A stretch of DNA of 16,786 nt from an uncultured Nitrospinaceae bacterium (GTDB taxonomy: Bacteria; UBA8248), in the NCBI GenBank assembly GCA_964005815.1, contig CAXFSR010000032.1, forward strand, positions 1-16,786. The letters are read 5' to 3'. The notes under the pieces are model-generated. The model searched no databases. It worked only from the letters and a program-made list of their open reading frames with translations, and had not been told where the DNA came from. Shown here piece after piece: positions 1-7,648 of this stretch (within the stretch, counting starts at the first letter, position 1; every line of letters begins with the position of its first letter). Position numbers and translations under genes: made by a program.

Positions 1-453
1 TCTATCCTCTCCATTTATATTCCCAGGATTGATCCTAAGACAGTCTACTCCGGCTTCAGCAGCCATGATTGCAAGTCTATAATCAAAATGGATATCGGCT
101 ACTAAAGGAGTTTTGGTTTCTTTTCTTATTTCTTTTAGACCAGCAACAGATTTTTCATCAGGAACAGCAAGCCTTATAATTTCGCAACCTGCTTCTTCCA
201 GTGAATGAATTTGATCTACTGTTGACTTCACATCATACGTGAAAGTGTTGCACATTGACTGCACAGAAATTGGAGAATTTCCACCAATCACGATATTTCC
301 AACATTCACTTCAGTGGTTTTTCTTCTCTTAATTCCAGAACCATCTGAATCTATGCAGCTAGGAGGAGCATCAACTGAATTTTCTAACATATTCAGACTG
401 AAACTTTCTGTCTTTTCACCTTGGAAAACATTATCGTTAAATGGTTCAAACAT
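1..453 (-). CDS. ispG: (E)-4-hydroxy-3-methylbut-2-enyl-diphosphate synthase IspG/GcpE, 5' part (continues beyond position 1)
   Basis: Not in the ORF track; translated by hand. ATG at 453 with AGGA 7 nt upstream, open to position 1: MFEPFNDNVF...IKRRKTTEVNVGNIVIGGNSPISVQSMCNT...AGCEIIRLAVPD...PLVADIHFDYRLA...LRINPGNI. VQSM, ADIHF and RINPGN are IspG signatures. An alternative in-frame ATG lies at 390. Confidence 0.96.
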   Translation of the reverse strand, partial: MFEPFNDNVFQGEKTESFSLNMLENSVDAPPSCIDSDGSGIKRRKTTEVNVGNIVIGGNSPISVQSMCNTFTYDVKSTVDQIHSLEEAGCEIIRLAVPDEKSVAGLKEIRKETKTPLVADIHFDYRLAIMAAEAGVDCLRINPGNINGEDR

Positions 454-470
454 AATTCATTCCTAAAATT

Positions 471-1607
471 TTATTTTTTTTCTTTAAATACTTTAATTTG
501 CTTTTTTTCTCCGCCAAAAAAGTAATACACACTGTCTTTATAAGTCGCAAAAACCATCAAGGAAATTAGAAGAAAGAGACCTATTTGAGATAATACTTCT
601 CTAGTTTTTATGCTTACAGGTTTGCCTTTTATAAATTCTAGAAATAGAAACACAATATGGCCACCATCTAAAACAGGAATAGGAAGAAGATTTAATATAG
701 CTAGATTTACACTTAATAGAATAGTAAACCATACTAAATAACTTAATCCTCGATTTGCCTGCTCTTTCGCCATTACAGAGATACGTATTGGACCACCAAT
801 ATCAGCAGGAATAGAACGAGTAATCATTCCATAAAGAGAATACACAGTCATTTGAACAATAGTCACATTCTGCGTAATACTTTTTCCAAATGATTCTATA
901 AAACCGTATTTCATGATTACAGAGCCGGGACCACTTCTAATTCCAATCATTGGTCTTTGCAGCTTCGTCCCATCTGGTGAAACCAATGTCGGAGTAACCT
1001 TAAGTTCTAGAATTTTTCTTCCACGCCTTACTGTAATGTCTAATTCTTTTTCAGGATTTTTCACTACAGTTCTCACTAATTCTGACCACTTCGAGATACT
1101 TTTTTTGTTAATACCAACAATGACATCGTTTTTTTGTAATTTTGCGATTTCAGCAGGAGAACCCTTCATCACACTGCCAATGTTCGTTCCAGCTACAGGG
1201 AATCCAAAAAAATGCAATCCCCAACTAAGTACTATTGCAAAGATAATATTAAACAGAGGACCAGCAAAAACAACCAAGAATCTTTGGTATACAGGCCTAG
1301 AAAAAAACATTTTTTCGGGTGGAATGTTATCTTCATTAGGTTCGCCATCGCCTGGTGGACTTTCTCCCATTAATTTAACATATCCACCAAGTGGTATTAG
1401 TGAGATACGATATTCAGTTTCTCCTCTTTGCGTTCCGTATATTTTCGGACCAAAACCTAAAGAGAATCGTTCTACTCCTATACCAAAATATTTAGCTAAA
1501 AGATGGTGCCCTAATTCGTGAATAAAAACTAAAGCACCCAATACTAAAAGTGCCCAAAAAATTGTTTGGCTTGAATCTGTTACAAAACTGTATAAATAAT
1601 CGAACAT
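471..1607 (-). CDS. rseP: RIP (site-2) membrane zinc metalloprotease RseP, M50 family, single PDZ domain
   Basis: HELGH zinc motif, FSLGFGP and IPLGGYVKL loops, AGPLFN, PDZ segment (GSPAEIAKLQKNDVIVGIN), GGPIRI and NLLPIPVLDGGH. RBS AAAGAGGA just upstream. Lies directly before ispG. Confidence 0.96.
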   Translation of the reverse strand: MFDYLYSFVTDSSQTIFWALLVLGALVFIHELGHHLLAKYFGIGVERFSLGFGPKIYGTQRGETEYRISLIPLGGYVKLMGESPPGDGEPNEDNIPPEKMFFSRPVYQRFLVVFAGPLFNIIFAIVLSWGLHFFGFPVAGTNIGSVMKGSPAEIAKLQKNDVIVGINKKSISKWSELVRTVVKNPEKELDITVRRGRKILELKVTPTLVSPDGTKLQRPMIGIRSGPGSVIMKYGFIESFGKSITQNVTIVQMTVYSLYGMITRSIPADIGGPIRISVMAKEQANRGLSYLVWFTILLSVNLAILNLLPIPVLDGGHIVFLFLEFIKGKPVSIKTREVLSQIGLFLLISLMVFATYKDSVYYFFGGEKKQIKVFKEKK

Positions 1608-1632
1608 AATATTCCTCTTTAAAAAATCAAAT

Positions 1633-2325
1633 TCAATAACGGATTACATCAATGTTTGCAGGAATTGTAAATTCGAAAACATTGTCCTCGATATCTTCGT
1701 TTTCTACTAAATTCAGAAATTCAAATTTACTGTTATTATCCATACTATCGGTATACTCAAATACATGGATCTTGTAATCAGATGAGTCTATATGTATTTT
1801 CAAGAATTTGACTCCAATCTTTGAAAATTTTTGGTTAGATTTTTTTGGAGTTAACTTAATAATCAAAGGTTTTCTTTTTTTCCAGAACTTAACATTTTTC
1901 ATCTTAGTATCGACTAAACTTATTTGAAATTCTTGAGATAAATTTATTTTCTTTGATAAGAAAATTATCGGATTTATATTTTGTTTAGTTATCGAAATCT
2001 TTCTATGTAAAACTTGTTTGAATTTGGGAGTATAAATCCATATCGAATTTTCATTGCTTACAAATACTTGTTTTTGTGGTTTTATATATTGAATTTTTAT
2101 TTTTTCTGGTTTTTTGATATACAAAAAACCTCTAGAAGTTGTTCTAGCACCGAGCGATTTTATAAAGTTTTTTTGCTCAAACTCTGAACGAATTGATGTC
2201 GTTTGATTCAGTCTATCTTGAACTTTAAGTATAATTTCTGTTAAAGGCATCTCGTTAGAAATAGCTTCTGAATTAAGACCAGATATAAAAATAACAAAAA
2301 TTAATACTGTGTATCCAATTTTCAT
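1633..2325 (-). CDS. lolA: Outer-membrane lipoprotein carrier protein LolA family
   Basis: N-terminal signal peptide (MKIGYTVLIFVIFISG), then SEFEQ, GFLYIKKPEKIKIQYIKPQKQVFVSNENSIWIYTPKFKQV and a C-terminal FEFTIPANIDVI, matching the LolA pattern. Start overlaps the purN stop (ATGA). Confidence 0.85.
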   Translation of the reverse strand: MKIGYTVLIFVIFISGLNSEAISNEMPLTEIILKVQDRLNQTTSIRSEFEQKNFIKSLGARTTSRGFLYIKKPEKIKIQYIKPQKQVFVSNENSIWIYTPKFKQVLHRKISITKQNINPIIFLSKKINLSQEFQISLVDTKMKNVKFWKKRKPLIIKLTPKKSNQKFSKIGVKFLKIHIDSSDYKIHVFEYTDSMDNNSKFEFLNLVENEDIEDNVFEFTIPANIDVIRY

Positions 2326-2993
2326 TTCTCATCTAGCCTAAGTTGTATTCCTGGGAATAAAAAACCTTCAGGAATAGATTTCAGATCTATATTATAATGT
2401 GTTGTCCTATCATCCAAATACACCATATTTTCTGCTATTAACTTTACAGCCATTGGATAAATCTTGTGCTCAAACTTCAGAATTCTTTGTGTTAGAGCAT
2501 CTTGATTGTCATCAGGAAGAATTGGAACAGCTGCCTGCATTATGATTGACCCGGTATCGACCCCTTCATCTACAAAATGTACCGTACATCCACTAATTCT
2601 AACTCCTGAATCCAAAGCTTGTTTTTGAGCATTCAACCCTGGGAAAGATGGTAGTAACGACGGATGTATATTAACTATTTTACCTGCAAATTCTTTTACA
2701 AAAAAATCTGGAATAATTCTCATGAAACCGGCACAACAAATTAAATCAATGTTTTGATTTTTGAGTTCATCCGATAAATTTTTATAATTACTCTTTTCTT
2801 TGAAATTATAAAATAGTGTTTTAATTTCTGCTTCTTCAGCCCTCTTTAATGCATAGGCATTTTCATTGTCAGAAACAACTAAGGAAATTTCAGCCGGATA
2901 AGATGAAAATTTACTTGCATCTATTAAAGCTTGTAGATTTGATCCATTTCCTGAGGCGAGAACAGCTAATTTGCAATTTTTAATTTCAGACAT
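2322..2993 (-). CDS. purN: Phosphoribosylglycinamide formyltransferase
   Basis: VLASGNGSNLQA, AGFMRI, NIHPSLLPSFPG, GCTVHFVDEGVDTG, EHKIYP. Follows purM with a TAATG overlap. Confidence 0.97.
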   Translation of the reverse strand: MSEIKNCKLAVLASGNGSNLQALIDASKFSSYPAEISLVVSDNENAYALKRAEEAEIKTLFYNFKEKSNYKNLSDELKNQNIDLICCAGFMRIIPDFFVKEFAGKIVNIHPSLLPSFPGLNAQKQALDSGVRISGCTVHFVDEGVDTGSIIMQAAVPILPDDNQDALTQRILKFEHKIYPMAVKLIAENMVYLDDRTTHYNIDLKSIPEGFLFPGIQLRLDEK

Positions 2994-4048
2994 TATACAT
3001 TAATTCCACTGATCAAAACTTGCCCATTTCTCGGTTCTTTTTCTGTTACTTCTCCAATTATTGCATGTTGAATATTGTTTTTGCTCAATTCATCAATAGA
3101 ATTTTCATACTTCATTTTATCAAGCACTAGAACCATTCCTATCCCCATATTAAAGGTTCGAAACATCTCTTTTTTATCAACAGGACCTTCTTTTTCCAGA
3201 AAATTGAATATAGGTGGAACATTCCATTTTGAAGTGTTTATTTTTGCCTGTAATCCATCAGGCAAAACCCTTGCAACATTCTCGAGCAAACCACCACCAG
3301 TAATATTTGCAGATGCATGGATACTATTAGTATTTTTGAAAATTTTCATTTCTTTAGAATAAATCTTTGTTGGCTCTAAAAGTATATCAATCAGAGTCTT
3401 TTCCAAACCTGTGTATTTTTTTGATAAATCAAAACCTTCCAATACTTTTCTTACTAACGTATATCCATTGCTATGAATACCTGAAGAAAAAAGACCTATT
3501 AGCAAATCTCCATTTTGAACTTTTTCTTTGCCTAAAATTTCATCTTCTTCAACCACACCAACAGAAAAACCTGCTAAATCATAAGTATTTTCTGCATAAA
3601 GATCAGGCATTTCCGCAGTTTCTCCACCAAGTAGAACACAACCAGAGGTATTGCATGCAGTAATAATTCCTTCTAAGACTTTTTCTAAATTGGATTTGTT
3701 GATCTTTCCAGTAGCAATATAATCTAGAAAAAAGAGGGGTTCTGCTCCAGTTGTCAAAAGATCGTTGACACACATTGCGACAAGATCTATCCCTATGGTG
3801 TCGTGAACACCAGAGGAATGGGCATATATAATCTTAGAACCTACACCGTCAGTTCCGGAAACTAGAACAGGTTTTTTATATTTAGAATCTAATTTGAATA
3901 ATCCAGCGAAATTAGAAAGGTCATTGTTCTTCAAATTTGAAATTGCAGAAAAGTTTTTTTTCATTAGATCAGAAATGGAACTGGTAAATTCATTTGCACT
4001 ATCGATGTCCACTCCGCTGTCTTTATATGAAATCTTCTTATTGTTCAT
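2993..4048 (-). CDS. purM: Phosphoribosylformylglycinamidine cyclo-ligase (AIR synthetase)
   Basis: SYKDSGVDID, TDGVGSK, GIDLVAMCVND, GAEPLFFLDY, GGETAEMP, SSGIHSNGY, ITGGG, TFNMGIGM. Confidence 0.97.
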   Translation of the reverse strand: MNNKKISYKDSGVDIDSANEFTSSISDLMKKNFSAISNLKNNDLSNFAGLFKLDSKYKKPVLVSGTDGVGSKIIYAHSSGVHDTIGIDLVAMCVNDLLTTGAEPLFFLDYIATGKINKSNLEKVLEGIITACNTSGCVLLGGETAEMPDLYAENTYDLAGFSVGVVEEDEILGKEKVQNGDLLIGLFSSGIHSNGYTLVRKVLEGFDLSKKYTGLEKTLIDILLEPTKIYSKEMKIFKNTNSIHASANITGGGLLENVARVLPDGLQAKINTSKWNVPPIFNFLEKEGPVDKKEMFRTFNMGIGMVLVLDKMKYENSIDELSKNNIQHAIIGEVTEKEPRNGQVLISGINV

Positions 4049-4062
4049 TTCAATAACTTTCT

Positions 4063-5361
4063 TTATACAAAAAATTCTTTTTTAAGAACCTTGGTAATTT
4101 CTATATTCATTTTATGACCACTTTTTTCTGCATAAATTTTTCCTGTAATTGGAGCTCCTGCCAAAGAGAAATCTCCTAGTAAATCTAAAATCTTGTGTCT
4201 AACAAATTCATCCCTAAATCTTAATTCAGTATTTACCACTTTCTCATCATCTACAAGAACAACGTTTCCCCAACGCCCCCCTTCTCCTAGGCCCATTTGT
4301 TCAATGGAATCTAGAGCAGAAACAAAATTAAATGTTCTTGCTGGAGCAATTTCTGATTTATATGAATCAATATCTTTTTGAATAAATGTGAAATCCTGTA
4401 TCCCTATGGGTTTTGGATAATCCAATTTATAAGTAATTTCTAAATTGTCTGATGGTTCAATCTTTATATAGCCATCATCTGAATTTGTTTCGCCTATTTC
4501 GTAAATCTTATCTATCACTATATGATTGATTGATTTGTTTTGTTCTATAATTAGAGCCTTCTCAATTTCTTCACAAAAGACAATTGAAGAACCATCCATA
4601 ATTGGCACTTCTGCGCCAATTTTAATTAACAAATTTGTAATGCCATAAGCATAAAGAGCACTCATAAGATGTTCTATAGTTCTTGCAGAAACAGCACCAT
4701 ATCTTAAATTCGTAGAATAATTTGTATTATCTACGAACGTAACATCAGCAGGAATTGTTTCTGGGTTAGTCAAATTACCAAAATGAATGCCACTGTCAGG
4801 AGGAAGGGGTTCTAAAATCAATCCCGTTTTCAATCCAGAATGCAGTCCTCTTCCATACAATACTATGCTTCTAGAAATAGTTTTCTGAGGGGATTTAATT
4901 TTTGCATGTTTTTTTTTGTTATTTAATTTTGGAATTTTAAAAAAAGTATACTTCTCTGTAGGCACGGGATTATTTTCGGACCATTTATCTTCTTTCGATT
5001 CGATAGCAGCAGCAATCACTTTAATCACCGTTTCCATCGAAAGAGGTTTTTCTATGAAATCAAAAGCACCTATTTTAGTAGCTTTTACTGCTGTTTCTAT
5101 GTTTCCGTGTCCTGACATTAAGATGACTTCTGACCTTAGTTCTGAGTCTTTTACTGCTTGTAGTGTTTGTATTCCATCTATCCCAGGCATCCATACATCT
5201 GCAAGGATCACATCAGGAGTTTCAGAGAACGCCAATTCTATGCCTTGCTCTCCGGAATTCGCTTTGTAAACTTTGTATCCTTCATCCGTAAGAATTGCTT
5301 CAAGACTTGAAGTGATCGCAGTCTCATCATCTATTATTAAAACCGAACCGTTACCCAACAT
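4063..5361 (-). CDS. lpxC: Fusion protein: NtrX-type response-regulator receiver domain (aa ~6-121) + linker + UDP-3-O-acyl-N-acetylglucosamine deacetylase LpxC (aa ~159-432)
   Basis: REC: IIDD(11-12)E, LAD55VWMPGIDG, MS83GHGNIETAVKATKIGAFDFIEK105P. LpxC: QKTI...GRGLH174SG, TIE230H231LMSAL, EVPIMDGSS, APART343F, EFVRH389K390ILD393LLGD397, SGH416. One uninterrupted 432-codon frame. Confidence 0.96.
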   Translation of the reverse strand: MLGNGSVLIIDDETAITSSLEAILTDEGYKVYKANSGEQGIELAFSETPDVILADVWMPGIDGIQTLQAVKDSELRSEVILMSGHGNIETAVKATKIGAFDFIEKPLSMETVIKVIAAAIESKEDKWSENNPVPTEKYTFFKIPKLNNKKKHAKIKSPQKTISRSIVLYGRGLHSGLKTGLILEPLPPDSGIHFGNLTNPETIPADVTFVDNTNYSTNLRYGAVSARTIEHLMSALYAYGITNLLIKIGAEVPIMDGSSIVFCEEIEKALIIEQNKSINHIVIDKIYEIGETNSDDGYIKIEPSDNLEITYKLDYPKPIGIQDFTFIQKDIDSYKSEIAPARTFNFVSALDSIEQMGLGEGGRWGNVVLVDDEKVVNTELRFRDEFVRHKILDLLGDFSLAGAPITGKIYAEKSGHKMNIEITKVLKKEFFV

Positions 5362-7648
5362 TTATATGCCTTTCAGAGTTTTCAGTTGGAAACATTTCTT
5401 TTTTTGATGGTAATTGTATTTCAAAAATTGAGCCAACAGGAACATTGTCTTTTACAGTAATTAAACCATTATGATCCGAAATGATCCTATGACAAATTGC
5501 CAAACCTAATCCAGAGCCTCTGGCTTTAGTTGTGAAATAAGGAGAAAAAATATGCTCCTTTTCTCCTTCTAAAATCCCTTTTCCTTGATCTTTTATTTCA
5601 AAAATCAACTTTTCTCTATGCTTGTCACAAGAAACTTTAAATTTAATTTCACCACCACTTTCCATAGATTCAAACGCGTTTTCGAGTAAATTTATAAAAA
5701 CTCTTTGTACTTGTTCTGGATCTGCCATTAAAGAAGGCAAAGAGTTTGGGATGTCAGAATTTATTTTTATATCTTCTCTTCTGTCCCTATAAAGCCCTAT
5801 AACATTATGTATTAAATCTTCAGTCTTACATAATCGCAATCTTGGTTCAGGCATTCTTGCAAAACTACTAAATTCATCTATCATTTCCATCAATACTTTA
5901 ACTTGATTCACAATCGTGTCTGTGCACAATTCAAGAACTTGGGGAAAGTCTGGCGTATTTTGATTGTATTTTGATCTCATTCTTTGAGCAGATAATTGAA
6001 TTGGTGTTAGTGGATTTTTTATCTCATGTGCAATACCTTGTGCCACTTCTCTCCATGCAGCAACTTTCTGAGTCCTAATCAAATCAGTGAAATCATCAAA
6101 AACGAGAACTGTACCTAGCCTACTACCATCATCGCTTTTAAGAAAAGTAAGATTTGCATACAACACAAGCATTTTTCCATTTATAGGCAACTCGATCTGC
6201 TTTGATAAATTTGTATTTTCCCCAGAACCATTTGAACGAATTAAGCTTCTGATAGGTTCTAAATATTCATTGTTAAATATTTCATGAAATGGTTTTCCGA
6301 TAACTAAATTTGGATTGATATCCAATAACTCAGAAGCAAATTGATTTAAAATTGTTACTTGTCCTCTTCTGTTAACTGAAATCACACCAGTTCTAACGTT
6401 ATCCAACATTGCTTCCATGTAGAGTCTACGTCTATCGATTTCTAAATTAGATTTGGTCAGATTTTCTGTTTTTTCTTCGATTTCTTTTTTGTTCGTTTGT
6501 AATTCTTTTGTCATTCTATTAAATGCGTTTACCAACGTACCAATTTCTCCTTCAGCACTTGTTTCGACTCTATAACCCAAATCTCCTTCAGAAACTGCGA
6601 TAGTTCCTTCAGCTAATTTTTCTATTGGAACAGTTATTCCTCTAGCAAAATGAAAACCAAACCATATGGCAGAAAATAAGATTAAAAGTGACACAAGAAG
6701 GAACGTAATAATATAACTTGCTCTTATAGGATTTTTAGATAATTCTAATTCAAAAAATTGATGATAGGCTTTCGCTATACCTTCTGCTTTAGCAACCATT
6801 CTTTTTGAGATAAATTTAGAAATGACTAGGTATCCTATAACCCCAGTAATGCCTTTTATTGGCACTACAGCATAAGCTACATCGCCATCTTCAGAACTCT
6901 CTAGAGTAGATATTGATTTTCCTTCAAGAACTTTGTCTATAAAATCAAAATCTGGTGGAGGAATTTGTAAGATTTTATTTTTTCTTTCACCAACACCTAA
7001 AGTTTCCTTTCTTCTAACAGAAACAATAAGCTTTCTTGACTTATCGTATAAGATTGCATTCGATGCTCCAATCAGTTCAATTCTAGAATTTAGAAATTCC
7101 TTTAAAAAAGAAAAAGACTCTGGCGTACTCCAAGATCGACTTTCTATTTCTTCTCCTATTTCCCTTCCTCTTATAAGAAGTAATTCTTCAGATTCACGAT
7201 AATATTCAGTTGCAATATCGTAAGAACTTTTAAGAGCATTCTCTACTTTAGGATTAAAGAAAGTATTGAAACTCTTATCAATAAGCCCACTTGCAACAAC
7301 GAAAAGACCCAAAGTAGGCAATAGCGCAATCATTACGAATGCTAGAATCAATCTTAACTGCAGACGTCCTTTACCAGACGGCGACCTTGCGGAAGAATAA
7401 AGCTGAACAACATTTCTTACTACTAAAACAATCAATACCATTAGCAGTATGATATTTAAGTTAATAAGTGAAAAAACAACGACATTATTTAGGAGTGGAG
7501 TGCCTGGGTCTAATTCTTTAAAATAAATCCAACCAGTCAACAAAATAACACTTATACCAATAAGTCCTAATACAGCTCTTAGGACATTTTTTCTCCTTCT
7601 CGAGTGTATTTCTTCTTCGGTATCATATGTGAAATTCGAAGAGTACAT
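5351..7648 (-). CDS. ntrY: NtrY-family membrane sensor histidine kinase (3 N-terminal TM, periplasmic domain, TM, HAMP, PAS, HisKA, HATPase)
   Basis: NtrY-type H-box AWREVAQGIAH541EIKNPLTPIQLSAQR. HAMP (ITVPIEKLAEGTIAVSEGDL...EIGTLVNAFNRMT), PAS (MLDNVRTGVISVN...NQFASELL), N box NLLENA, G1 DQGKGI, F box FSPYFTTK, G2 GSGLGL. Stop overlaps the REC-LpxC start by 11 nt. Confidence 0.92.
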   Translation of the reverse strand: MYSSNFTYDTEEEIHSRRRKNVLRAVLGLIGISVILLTGWIYFKELDPGTPLLNNVVVFSLINLNIILLMVLIVLVVRNVVQLYSSARSPSGKGRLQLRLILAFVMIALLPTLGLFVVASGLIDKSFNTFFNPKVENALKSSYDIATEYYRESEELLLIRGREIGEEIESRSWSTPESFSFLKEFLNSRIELIGASNAILYDKSRKLIVSVRRKETLGVGERKNKILQIPPPDFDFIDKVLEGKSISTLESSEDGDVAYAVVPIKGITGVIGYLVISKFISKRMVAKAEGIAKAYHQFFELELSKNPIRASYIITFLLVSLLILFSAIWFGFHFARGITVPIEKLAEGTIAVSEGDLGYRVETSAEGEIGTLVNAFNRMTKELQTNKKEIEEKTENLTKSNLEIDRRRLYMEAMLDNVRTGVISVNRRGQVTILNQFASELLDINPNLVIGKPFHEIFNNEYLEPIRSLIRSNGSGENTNLSKQIELPINGKMLVLYANLTFLKSDDGSRLGTVLVFDDFTDLIRTQKVAAWREVAQGIAHEIKNPLTPIQLSAQRMRSKYNQNTPDFPQVLELCTDTIVNQVKVLMEMIDEFSSFARMPEPRLRLCKTEDLIHNVIGLYRDRREDIKINSDIPNSLPSLMADPEQVQRVFINLLENAFESMESGGEIKFKVSCDKHREKLIFEIKDQGKGILEGEKEHIFSPYFTTKARGSGLGLAICHRIISDHNGLITVKDNVPVGSIFEIQLPSKKEMFPTENSERHINVG

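Noticed and set aside
239..466. 75-aa plus-strand ORF
   Set aside because: Antisense to ispG, which the track missed because its stop lies outside the window.
913..1521. 202-aa plus-strand ORF
   Set aside because: Lies entirely antisense to the well-supported rseP and has no recognisable motifs; a typical shadow ORF.
4888..4998. REC-LpxC fusion as a homopolymer or assembly artefact joining two genes
   Set aside because: No ATG with an RBS precedes the LpxC QKTI start in its frame, there is no NtrX AAA+ remnant, and composition looks continuous. Read mapping is still needed to exclude it formally.
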